DNA of 32,000 bases from Nostoc sp. PCC 7120 = FACHB-418 (lineage in GTDB: Bacteria; Cyanobacteriota; Cyanobacteriia; Cyanobacteriales; Nostocaceae), in contig NC_003272.1 in assembly GCF_000009705.1 (NCBI RefSeq), positions 2,010,001-2,042,000 of the forward strand, in the 5' to 3' direction. The position numbers and the translations under genes were made by a program. The notes below the pieces were generated by a model. It saw only the letters and a program-made list of their open reading frames with translations. It ran no database searches and had not been told where the DNA came from. Below, one piece after another: positions 8,667 through 17,900 of the stretch. Within the stretch, counting starts at the first letter, position 1, and each line of letters starts with the position of its first letter.

Positions 8667-9941
8667 ATGGACAACATAGCGTATTTGCACCTAGCTTTCG
8701 CCTACGAAGATAGTGACCCAGGTGATTTGGTGTCTTTAAGCTACTTATTTAACAAAGCAGCTGCACCAGACTGGAAACGCCTATCAAGTAGAGCTTGGAA
8801 GCATATGCTACCCCTAGCGCTGACATTATCTGTTCTCAGCAGTGTTAGTAGTGCCTGGGCATTGGAAAGAGGAGATCAAGGGCCTTCTGTCAGAAATCTC
8901 CAACAAAAACTGCAACAAGCAGGCTTTTATCAAGCTCCTGTAACTCAGGTATATGATTTTTCTACAGAAGAAGCGGTTCGACGCTTTCAAGCGGCGGCTG
9001 GCTTACCAGTTGATGGTGTTGTAGGAGCCAGCACTCTGGAAAAATTAGACCAGTGGCGTTCCTCTCCGGTAGCTAACCAAGTCCAACAATATAGTACTCC
9101 TAGTACACCAACGAGAAAAAATAGCACAACGGCTACTCAAGTCAGAACCACTCCTGCTGCACGTACACAAACCACAAGAAACAGTACAGCTACTGCTGCA
9201 CGTACACAAGCTACAAGAAACACCACAACTGCTGCACGTACACAAACTACAAGAAATACCACAACTGCTAGTGTTAATGCAGCCACCAACAAGCGCCGTG
9301 ATCCTAACTACCTTGTCAAAGGAGATGAAGGCGAGGCGGTGAGATCGCTGCAACAACGTTTGCGAGTCGCAGGTTTTTATTACGGTAATGCTACAGGCGT
9401 TTTTGGCCCCATTACCGAGGAAGCAGTCAAAAGATTTCAAACCGCGTATAGACTAGATGTTGACGGTATTGTTGGGCCAGCCACAATTAGAAGATTACCG
9501 CCAATAGGTGTTGGTGGAGAAAACCCCCCTAAGCGAGCAACCGCAACTGTCAAAGATAAACTTACTGTAGGCGATCGCGGCGAAGCTGTGCGAGTTCTAC
9601 AAGAACAGTTAATTCAAGCAGGATATTTACAGGGACAGCCAAATGGTTATTTTGGCCCCTACACAGCAGAAGCAGTAAAAAGATTTCAAGCTGCTAATTA
9701 TCTGGCTGCTAGCGGTATTGCTGGCCCCACTACCAGAGCAAAATTACATAGCTCACTGAATAAAGCTAAAGCTACCAAGGGTGATTTTAATGTCTTAGAA
9801 ATCCAAAGACGACTACAAGAAAAGGGTTTCTATAAAGGACAACTCAATGGAGTGATGGCAGATGATACGAAAAAAGCCATAAAGCAAGCCCAGGAATTCT
9901 ACGGTGTCAGTCTAGCTGATGTGAGAAGCGGACGCTTTTAA
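8667..9941 (+). CDS. Protein with repeated peptidoglycan-binding (PG_binding_1-like) domains; positional equivalent of alr1690 of Anabaena PCC 7120
   Basis: 424-aa ORF; AGGA lies 8 nt before the ATG, and the start is only 18 nt after the cobN stop. There are three clear copies and one degenerate copy of the pattern GDxGxxVRxLQxxLxxAGFYxGxxxGxFGPxTxxAVKRFQxxxxLxxDGIxGPxT. A hydrophobic segment (MLPLALTLSVLSSVSSAWA) is present. Confidence 0.8.
   Translation: MDNIAYLHLAFAYEDSDPGDLVSLSYLFNKAAAPDWKRLSSRAWKHMLPLALTLSVLSSVSSAWALERGDQGPSVRNLQQKLQQAGFYQAPVTQVYDFSTEEAVRRFQAAAGLPVDGVVGASTLEKLDQWRSSPVANQVQQYSTPSTPTRKNSTTATQVRTTPAARTQTTRNSTATAARTQATRNTTTAARTQTTRNTTTASVNAATNKRRDPNYLVKGDEGEAVRSLQQRLRVAGFYYGNATGVFGPITEEAVKRFQTAYRLDVDGIVGPATIRRLPPIGVGGENPPKRATATVKDKLTVGDRGEAVRVLQEQLIQAGYLQGQPNGYFGPYTAEAVKRFQAANYLAASGIAGPTTRAKLHSSLNKAKATKGDFNVLEIQRRLQEKGFYKGQLNGVMADDTKKAIKQAQEFYGVSLADVRSGRF
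9156..9269 (+). repeat. In-frame 39/36/36-nt tandem repeat (AARTQTTRNxTT x3)
   Basis: GCTGCACGTACACAA recurs at 9156, 9195 and 9231. It encodes a Thr/Arg-rich linker between PG-binding domains 1 and 2. Confidence 0.85.
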
Positions 9942-9960
9942 CATCCGCTTCCATGTTTTT
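9925..9960 (+). terminator. Candidate intrinsic terminator straddling the stop codon of the PG-binding gene
   Basis: GAAGCGGA (9925..9932) pairs with TCCGCTTC (9944..9951) across an 11-nt loop that contains the TAA. It is followed by CCATGTTTTT. Confidence 0.4.
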
Positions 9961-10070
9961 ACCGTGATTCCTTAACAGTTTGCTTACCTCCGATAACGAC
10001 TAATCAGGAATTTCTCAAAACTTCATTTTTGGATTATTGAGTAACTTCCTCTTGTTATCTTACCCAGGTG

Positions 10071-10526
10071 CTAAAGTGGCATGAGCGCACGTTGGCACTT
10101 GGGGCAGACTGCATGAATTGTCATTTGGCAGTCCAGTAGGTGAAAACCTTCTTTCTGGGCAGTTTTTGCCCCAATTTTTAAGATTGAATCGTTTTTGAAT
10201 TCAATAGTAGAGTTACATTTGACACAAATTAGGTGATGGTGATGATGGGGATAAGGCTGGTTAATTTCGTAGTGCTTGTGTCCTTCGCCTAATTCCAGTT
10301 CACGTAAAATCCCCATCCGAGCCATCAACTTCAACGTCCGGTAAATCGTTGAAAGGCTGATTCCTTCACCGTCAGCTTCCAAGCGATGATATAAATCTTC
10401 TGCACTCAGGTGTTCGCCTTGAGGAAGTTCTTGAAAGATATGTAAGATAGTTTCCCGTTGAGGGGTCAAACGCCAGCCTCTTTCGTTTAATTCTGCCTTG
10501 AGCGAAGTATTTGTGTAGACAGTCAT
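10071..10526 (-). CDS. furA: Ferric uptake regulator FurA
   Basis: ORF trimmed to its ATG at 10526 (the ORF-track start at 10544 is TTG). The 151-aa Fur-family protein has a winged-helix N-terminus, an HHHHH run, and CxxC pairs C101VKC104 and C141PKC144 plus C133. This is the Cys pattern described for Anabaena FurA. Confidence 0.9.
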   Translation of the reverse strand: MTVYTNTSLKAELNERGWRLTPQRETILHIFQELPQGEHLSAEDLYHRLEADGEGISLSTIYRTLKLMARMGILRELELGEGHKHYEINQPYPHHHHHLICVKCNSTIEFKNDSILKIGAKTAQKEGFHLLDCQMTIHAVCPKCQRALMPL

Positions 10527-10553
10527 ACTAATTTTTCTCAACAAAGCTTGTTA

Positions 10554-10612
10554 ATTGAGAATATAACAAATATTTGGAGTGATTTGCAACAAACATTGCT
10601 TATTGAGAATAT
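10554..10612 (-). promoter_or_regulatory. Candidate Fur (iron) boxes / furA promoter-operator region
   Basis: The 11-nt direct repeat ATTGAGAATAT occurs at 10554..10564 and 10602..10612, 28-86 bp upstream of the furA ATG in very AT-rich DNA. It has the A/T-rich character of the Fur box GATAATGATAATCATTATC. FurA is known to be autoregulated. Confidence 0.3.
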
Positions 10613-11032
10613 TTATTAAACTTTTAATCAAGATTAGTGAAAATCACCTACAAAAACCTAGTAACAATGCTTATTATTAACAATTTAAAATCGAAAATTA
10701 CAAGTTCAATAATATAAAATTTTAATCGTGAATCTCAAGCTACACAGGCATCTTAGTTATTGACTTTATGTAATATCAATGGTTGCTATTTTATGTTTCC
10801 AAGCAATGCTTTGCAAAAATACATTTTAATTAAATGCAAAAGTTTCCTATAAGTAACAAGTAGTTGTTAAATTGCTAGGCGAGAATAAATCACATTATGT
10901 TAATTAATGTATAAACTCCAATCACAAGGTGATGAGTTTTCCTCCGTGACCAGGGGCAAAATCTGCCGTTATGCTTAATTGGTTGTGATGAAATAAATAG
11001 TCCAGAGTCAATAATCTATAGTATGGATTTTG

Positions 11033-11081
11033 TTTACTATTGATTATTGACTATTGACTATTGACTATTGACTATTAACTA
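11033..11081. repeat. STRR-like heptamer array (TTGACTA x7, 2-3 degenerate units)
   Basis: tttacta ttgatta ttgacta ttgacta ttgacta ttgacta ttaacta, ending 1 nt before the sigC stop codon (11083..11085). Confidence 0.85.
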
Positions 11082-11082
11082 T

Positions 11083-12333
11083 CTAACTCAGAGATTCCAA
11101 ATAGTCACGGATAAGGTTGCGACGCTTGGGTTGGCGGAGTTTTTGCAAGGCCTTAGATTCAATTTGGCGTACTCGCTCCCGTGATAAATCCAGAGCGCGG
11201 CCAATTTCTGCCAATGAGTAAGGATGACCATCAGCTAAACCGAAACGCATCAAGATGACATCACGTTCACGGCTAGTTAAATCAGCTAATAAATGTTGCA
11301 AGTCTCTTTGTAAAGATTCTCGCATTAACATTTCTTCAGGAGTTACACCGTCAGTCTCTAATAATTCTCCCAACTCAGTGTCTTTATCTTTACCTACCTT
11401 GGTTTCCAAAGAAACAGAACGGGGTACTCTTAGTAAAACTTCCCGCACTTGGGTAGGGGTCATATCTAACTCAATTGCTAGGTCTTCTAAAGTAGGAGTG
11501 CGACCTTTTTCTTGAGCGATTTTGCGTTGAGCCTTTTTAATTTTGTTTAATTTTTCTGTAATATGAACAGGGAGGCGAATTGTGCGACTAGAAGTAGCGA
11601 TCGCTCTTGTGATCCCTTGGCGAATCCACCAGTAGGCATAGGTACTAAAACGATATCCTTTAGTTGGATCAAATTTCTCTACAGCTCGTTCTAAGCCGAG
11701 AGTGCCTTCTTGAACTAAGTCTAATAATTCTAAACCACGATTTTGGTATTTTTTGGCAACAGACACGACTAAGCGCAGATTAGCCTTAATCATGTGTTCT
11801 TTTGACTGAAGACCTTGAGATTGCATTTTCTCCAATTCTTCCACCGTCATCTTGGCAATTTCTGCCCAGCGACGTTTACCTTCCGATAAAATTGGCTTCA
11901 GGTCACATAAGTTGATACCAGCAGTAGCAGCCCATCTTTCCAAGGAAGGACGATGGCCAAGTTCTGATGCTAGACGCTCTTGAACTTCGATTAAATGTAG
12001 ATAAGGAGTAGCAACTTCATCTCCCTGTTTGACAGCATTAGCTAGCACTATCCGCAACTTTAAGTAACGCTGGACTTTTTGAGCTTCAGAAACTTCTTCG
12101 TCCCGTCCTAACAAACGGACTCGACCGATTTCCTGAAGGTATAGACGTACTAAGTCTGTACTACGACGGTTAGCGCTAGCACCAAAAGTAGCGGGATCAG
12201 CAGCAGCTATCTCTAATTCTTGGATCTCATCCACCGACAAATCACTGTCATCAATGGCGATATCAGGGTCTAAAGCCTGGCGGGATTTTTGGGTATTGTA
12301 GGCGGCATCTGCGTAAAAAGATGTTGCTGGCAT
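11083..12333 (-). CDS. sigC: Group 2 sigma-70 factor, SigC-like
   Basis: 416-aa ORF with an ATG start. It has an rpoD-box-like YAYWWIRQGITRAIA, region 3 IRLPVHITEKLNKIKK, and region 4 YSLAEIGRALDLSRERVRQIESKAL. The sigC symbol is given only because the gene sits next to furA, as I recall for all1692. Confidence 0.75.
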   Translation of the reverse strand: MPATSFYADAAYNTQKSRQALDPDIAIDDSDLSVDEIQELEIAAADPATFGASANRRSTDLVRLYLQEIGRVRLLGRDEEVSEAQKVQRYLKLRIVLANAVKQGDEVATPYLHLIEVQERLASELGHRPSLERWAATAGINLCDLKPILSEGKRRWAEIAKMTVEELEKMQSQGLQSKEHMIKANLRLVVSVAKKYQNRGLELLDLVQEGTLGLERAVEKFDPTKGYRFSTYAYWWIRQGITRAIATSSRTIRLPVHITEKLNKIKKAQRKIAQEKGRTPTLEDLAIELDMTPTQVREVLLRVPRSVSLETKVGKDKDTELGELLETDGVTPEEMLMRESLQRDLQHLLADLTSRERDVILMRFGLADGHPYSLAEIGRALDLSRERVRQIESKALQKLRQPKRRNLIRDYLESLS

Positions 12334-12810
12334 AAGATCGTCTCTATGGCTCCAGGTAACAATAGATTGCGGTCAGCTATTTAACTGTTGCTATTGTTCC
12401 CGTGATTCTAGATGAACTAACACGGTTAAGGTTTTCACTAAAATTTTTTTTACAAAAAAACCTTAGTGGTTGTTTTCAGACATTACAGCCTAACTATAGT
12501 TGGCTGTTGAGAGTCTGATTGAACCAATAGCTATTCAAATTTACGATTAGATTTTAATTTCCGAATTACTTAGTCAGCGTTTTCACCTTGTTGGCTATTA
12601 ACTGTAACTTGGGTATGTTGTATAAACATATTTCAGTAAAAATTATGTTTATTATCGGCATAGTCACATCTACATGGGTATATAAGTAATTTCCTGACGA
12701 TTTTCTAATTTTTTTCTCAGGATTTTTGAGGACTCAGTATGGTGTGGAGTAATGGGGATGATGAGTAGTGATGAGTTAAATTGGGGACTTGTTGTCAGTT
12801 GACTATTAAC

Positions 12811-12852
12811 CAATTACCAATTACCCCTTACCAATCACCAATCGCCAATTAG
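12811..12852. repeat. STRR-like heptamer array (CAATTAC-type x6) overlapping the gpsA stop codon
   Basis: caattac caattac cccttac caatcac caatcgc caattag. It is preceded (about 12745..12790) by G-rich heptamer-like repeats of opposite polarity (GGAGTAATGGGGATGATGAGTAGTGATGAG). Confidence 0.75.
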
Positions 12853-13790
12853 TTGTATTCCGGCTTAATATCTCGGAGCATGAGTTCATCAAGGGCTTGC
12901 TGTGGTGTAACTTCGCCTTGTAGTAATCGGTAAACTTGCTCGGTAATAGGGATAACTATATTTTGTTGCCTAGCTAGTTGGACTAATACCTGACAAGTGT
13001 TTACTCCTTCGGCGGTTCCTGGTAATTTTGCTAGAATTTGTGCCAGTGTTTCACCACCGGCTAATTGATAGCCAACTTGGTAATTGCGACTTAAAGGACT
13101 GTTACAGGTAGCTAACAAATCCCCTAGACCAGATAAACCATAAAATGTTTCCGTCTTTGCACCCCAACAATTGCCAATGCGAACCATTTCTGTGAGTCCG
13201 CGCGTGACTAAAGCGGCTTTGGCATTAGTTCCTAAATGTAGACCGTCACATACACCAGAGGCGATCGCAATTACATTCTTGAGTGTACCCCCCAACTCCA
13301 CACCTACGGGGTCAGGATTTGTATAGACGCGGAAACGAGACGAAGAAAATGCCAGCTGCACTGTAGCGGCGGCGGTAGCTACACGACTAGCTACTACCGT
13401 GGCGGCTGGTAGGGATTGGTCGATTTCTTTAGATAAATTTGGCCCAGATAGGACAACTACTGGATGATGGGGGAAACACGATTGCCAAATTTGCGACGGG
13501 GTATAAATCGTTTCTGGTTCTAGACCTTTGGTAGCCGTGACAAAAATAGTTTCTGGTGAAGGAGTGAGAGATTGAATTTGTGAAGCAACTTCTCTCACTC
13601 CTTTCATGGAAATGGCAGATAGAACTATATCCGCACCCTGCAAAACTGCTGACAATGTTTCAGATCCTCGTCGTGACCATACACGCACCCTGTTACCATT
13701 GGCTATTGCTAGATTTGCTAGAGATGCACCCCAAGCACCTGCACCCAAAATCGATATAGTAGTTTCTTGCACCGATTTAAAAATTCTCAA
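12849..13790 (-). CDS. gpsA: NAD(P)H-dependent glycerol-3-phosphate dehydrogenase
   Basis: It has an N-terminal Rossmann GAGAWG and conserved GLEPET, GPN, LKNVIAIA and NYQVG blocks. The start is uncertain: 13790 is TTG, and an in-frame GTG at 13772 would give MQETTISILGAGAWG. Confidence 0.85.
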   Translation of the reverse strand: MRIFKSVQETTISILGAGAWGASLANLAIANGNRVRVWSRRGSETLSAVLQGADIVLSAISMKGVREVASQIQSLTPSPETIFVTATKGLEPETIYTPSQIWQSCFPHHPVVVLSGPNLSKEIDQSLPAATVVASRVATAAATVQLAFSSSRFRVYTNPDPVGVELGGTLKNVIAIASGVCDGLHLGTNAKAALVTRGLTEMVRIGNCWGAKTETFYGLSGLGDLLATCNSPLSRNYQVGYQLAGGETLAQILAKLPGTAEGVNTCQVLVQLARQQNIVIPITEQVYRLLQGEVTPQQALDELMLRDIKPEYN

Positions 13791-13823
13791 TTCAAAATTG
13801 TAGAGACACGATTGATTACGCTT

Positions 13824-14699
13824 CTACTTGTTCCGTGGGTAACGCTCCATTAATTGTCGTACTTGTTCGGCGTGGTAAGAACTTCTCGTCAAAGGTGAGG
13901 AGACAACTTGTAAAAATCCGAGTTCTTCACCATAAACTTGCCAAGCAGCAAATTGCTCTGGAGTAACGAAATCGTTGACTTGCAAGTGCTTTTGACTGGG
14001 TTGGAGATACTGCCCGATTGTTAGGATATCGCAATCCACAGCACGTAGGTCTTGCATCACTTGGCGAACTTCGGCATTAGTTTCGCCTAAGCCGACCATG
14101 ATACCGGATTTGGTGTAAAGCCAGGGAGCAATTTGACGCGATCGCTGCAATAATTCTAGGGTGCGATCGTAGTTACCTTGGGGTCGGACTCGTCGATAAA
14201 GGCGAGGAATCGTTTCTGTGTTATGGTTTAATACCTCTGGTGATGCTTGGAGAATGATCCTTAACGCCTCCCAATTACCGCACAAATCAGGGATTAGCAC
14301 CTCAATTGTGGTTTGAGGCGAAACCGCGCGCACCTCTGCAATACACTTGACAAACTGTGATGCACCACCATCTGGTAAATCATCTCGGTTCACAGAAGTG
14401 ATGACCACATGATTCAGTCTCATCCGCCGCACAGCTTCGGCTAATCGTGTGGGTTCTGTGGGGTCGAGCGCTTTGGGTTTTTTCTCAAAATCAATATCAC
14501 AATAAGGACAAGCACGGGTGCAGGCTGGCCCCATAATCAAAAATGTGGCTGTACCAGCTTGGAAGCATTCACCAATGTTTGGACATGACGCTTCCTCACA
14601 AACTGTATTTAGCGCTAAATCCCGCAAAATTTCTTTAACGTTACCAACGCGCTCCCATTGAGGCGCTTTTACCCGCAACCAGTCTGGTTTTACAGTCAC
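13824..14699 (-). CDS. lipA: Lipoyl synthase
   Basis: 291-aa ORF with a GTG start. The auxiliary cluster motif is [12 protein letters not shown] and the radical-SAM motif is CTRACPYC. The N-terminus [10 protein letters not shown] is typical of LipA. Confidence 0.9.
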   Translation of the reverse strand: MTVKPDWLRVKAPQWERVGNVKEILRDLALNTVCEEASCPNIGECFQAGTATFLIMGPACTRACPYCDIDFEKKPKALDPTEPTRLAEAVRRMRLNHVVITSVNRDDLPDGGASQFVKCIAEVRAVSPQTTIEVLIPDLCGNWEALRIILQASPEVLNHNTETIPRLYRRVRPQGNYDRTLELLQRSRQIAPWLYTKSGIMVGLGETNAEVRQVMQDLRAVDCDILTIGQYLQPSQKHLQVNDFVTPEQFAAWQVYGEELGFLQVVSSPLTRSSYHAEQVRQLMERYPRNK

Positions 14700-14762
14700 A
14701 ATCCGCTTTTACCACTGAATGTTATACAAATCTAATCCTAGCAAGCAAATCCCGTTCCGATT

Positions 14763-14785
14763 CATCTATATATAATATATAGATG
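14763..14785. promoter_or_regulatory. Perfect 23-bp palindrome between the divergent lipA and tRNA-Pro genes
   Basis: CATCTATATAT-A-ATATATAGATG (11-bp arms, 1-nt centre). It lies 64 bp upstream of the lipA start and 65 bp upstream of the tRNA. Its function is unknown. Confidence 0.25.
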
Positions 14786-14849
14786 TAGATATCTTTTCGG
14801 TATTGACTATTATTTATGTTATGCTAAGGGGGCCGTATAATTTTTTTAA

Positions 14850-14923
14850 CGGGATGTAGCGCAGCTTGGTAGCGCACTTCGTTCGGGACGAAGGGGCCGC
14901 TGGTTCGAATCCAGTCATCCCGA
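14850..14923 (+). tRNA. tRNA-Pro (anticodon CGG)
   Basis: Hand-folded cloverleaf of 74 nt: acceptor CGGGATG/CATCCCG, D stem GCGC/GCGC, anticodon stem CTTCG/CGAAG with loop TTCGGGA, T stem GCTGG/CCAGT with loop TTCGAAT, discriminator A. CCA is not encoded. Confidence 0.85.
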
Positions 14924-14930
14924 TTTTTGT

Positions 14931-14982
14931 TGTAGAGCGACAAATTATTTGACCACTTCGACAAATTATTTGTCGCTCTACA
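14931..14982. terminator. 15-bp perfect hairpin between the tRNA-Pro 3' end and the NRPS stop codon
   Basis: TGTAGAGCGACAAAT (14931..14945) pairs with ATTTGTCGCTCTACA (14968..14982) across a 22-nt loop. TTTTT precedes it, and no U-tract follows on either strand. Confidence 0.4.
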
Positions 14983-14987
14983 TCAAG

Positions 14988-17900
14988 CTAAAAATTGATA
15001 TCTCTAAACAAAAGAGTGAATCTATCTGCTAACACCTTCACATGAGGTTCTTCGAGCAAACTTCTGTGATTACCCGGCAGTTGGTAAACCCTCTCTACTA
15101 TTTGCTTATTCCAACCAAAAAGAGGAAAAAGAAAACGTAATAACTTGTAAGATAAAGACAAATCGCTAGCTAAAAAAAGGTGAATCTTGCCAGAGTAGCC
15201 TGGTGTAATACGAGGCTGCAAGTTCTTCTTTCTGGAAGAGGAGTTGTTTTTATTCTTTTTAGCGAGACTTTTGTGAGGCTGTTGTAAAAACAGTCTTATC
15301 TTGGGGAAGATGGGAAATATGTTAGCTAAATAGTAATGGAAAATCGGATCAGAACCAGGAAAATCTACTATTGTGAGGATAGCAACCTTTTTACCAAGAC
15401 GCTCAAGTTGTTTGGCAATTTCATAAGCCACTAAACAACCAAAAGAAAAACCACCCAAAATATAATCTCCTTTTGGTTGCAAGGTGAGAATGTCATTCAG
15501 ATGATAAGCCGCAAGTGCTTGGATATTTTCTTCTGTAGCTCTATGTTTAAAGACAGATAAACCTGATTCCATAAAGTAAATTGGTTGTTCCTGCCCAAGG
15601 TATGGTGCGAGTGGCAACACTTCATCTAAAGCATTAGCACACAAGAAAAATGGCTGTTTATTACCTTGATGATTAAAACTGACGATTAAGGACTCAGGTC
15701 TAGGTTTTTCTCCCTGACGGCCAGCATTAATGGCCATAAGTTTGCGATAATCTTCTGGATCAAATTGGGAGGAATTTAGAGTAAATGAAGATTCTAAATT
15801 CTCTGTGTGCCGAATTACCTGAGCAAGTTCTTTAATTGTTGGTACTTTAAAAAGAGTTGCTAGGGGCAGTTTTTTGCCCAAAGTTTTCTCAATTTGGGCA
15901 AATAGGCGTAATGCTAATAAAGAATGTCCTCCCAAATTAAAGAAATTATCGTTAACACCTATAGATGAAACACCCAAAACTTTTTCCCAGATTGTGATTA
16001 GTTGCTGCTCTAAATCATCTTGAGGAAAAAAATCTGTCGCGTTCGTGACTTGTCCAGGTGGATTGATATTTGATGAGATATGGTGAGTTAGTTGATTTTT
16101 CTGTTGCTGCCAATATTGTTCGTCCTTCATCAACATCGGTAGTGATCGAATACTCTGATTTGGATTGGCTAAAAGTTTTTGTAATAAGACCTGAAAGTCT
16201 TGGATTAACTGTTCAATTGTGCGTTCATTGAACAGATCACTATTGTATTCAAAGATTCCTGATAAGCCTGCGGTTGTTTCCCACATTAACAGAGACAAAT
16301 CAAATAGAGCAGTATTTTTCTCAATTGGTAGTGACTCTATGTTCAGTCCAGTTAGCTCTAGATTACTCATAGGTACATTCAGCAGATTAAATATCACCTG
16401 ATACCAGGGAGAGTAGCTTAAATCTCTGGTTGATTGTAGAGTAGGTAGCAGTTGCTCAACAGGAAAGTCTTGATGGATATAGGCTTCTAGAGTAGTTTGG
16501 CGTAAGTGCTGGAGTAAATTGAGAAAAGACGGATTCCCCGCTAGACTGATGCGAAGCGGCATAATGTTAGAGAAACAGCCAATGACAGATTCAATTTCGG
16601 TGTGGTTGCGGTTTGCAACTGCGGAACCTATTACCATGTCCTTTTGACTACTGTAGGAATGCAGTAAAATCACGAAACTTGCTAACAGTGTTATGAATAG
16701 CGTAGATCCAGACTGTTGGCTGAGGTTTTTTAGTTGCTGCGTTAGCTCTGAGTCAATTTGAAATGATTGGATACGTCCTTGAAAAGATTGTAATGGAGGG
16801 CGAGGGCGATCGCTTGGTAATTGCAGTAAAGGAGGGGCATCGGCTAGTTGATGACTCCAGTACTCTACTAAAGGGGTATATACCTCTGGCTGCTGAAACT
16901 GTTGCTGATGCCAAAGGCTAAAATCTCTGTACTGAAATAATGGTGGAGCTAGGGGACAAGGAGATTGTTGGGTATAAGCTGCGTAGATATCTGATAGCTC
17001 CTGGTTAAAGATTCCTAATGACCAACCATCGGCAACAATGTGATGTATCGTGATCATCAGTACATGATCTTTCTCTGTTAACCGCAGTAACCGAGCGCGA
17101 ATTGGTGGCTCTTGTGTCAGGTCAAATGGTTGTCTGGCTTCTGCATTGACTAACTGTTGTATCTCCATTTTCCCATCGTTCTCAACCTGCTGAATGGGAA
17201 TGGCAATAATTAATTCTGAAGCAATGTGTTGAACAGGTAGTCCTTCCAGAATGGGAAATGTAGTTCGCAGAGATTCGTGTCGTTGAATAATTGTGTTGAT
17301 GGCCTGTTCCAAACTCGAAATGTGCAGAATTCCTTTTAGCCGAAAGGCCATTGGTAGGTTGTAAATCGGTTTGAAACCAGATTTTTGTTCTGACACCCAC
17401 AATCGTTCCTGATATAACGACAGAGGTAGGTTATTTTGATGCGAAATGGGTTGCAATGCTGGAACACTCTGTTTAGGCTGTTGTTGCTGATCTGGCGATT
17501 CAATCCATCGACTCAACTCAGCAATTGTCGATGCCTCTAGAACTGCGTAAACAGGCAAATTGATTCCAAAACAGTCCCGCACGCGGGAAACAATCTGAGT
17601 GGAATGAAGGGAGTGTCCACCTACTTCTAAAAATGGTTGATAGATTCCTACTTGTGTACCCAAAACATCTGCCCAAATACTAGCTAGCCTTGCCTCAGTC
17701 GGGGTACGGGGGGAAACAAAATTGCTATCTGTATCTATGCAGATTTTATCTACATTCGGTAGAGCTTTTCGATCTACCTTACCGTTAGCATTAAGAGGTA
17801 ACTTCTCCAACGAGATAAAAGCCGATGGAATCATATAATTTGGCAATTTCTGTTGGAGAAAATGGCGTAATTCACTAGGGGCTACTGTGTTGCAATTTTC

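Noticed and set aside
11033-11081. Short tandem repeat arrays (also at 12811..12852 and 30325..30373) considered as CRISPR.
   Set aside because: The period is 7 nt with no spacers. These are STRR-type heptamer satellites typical of heterocystous cyanobacteria.
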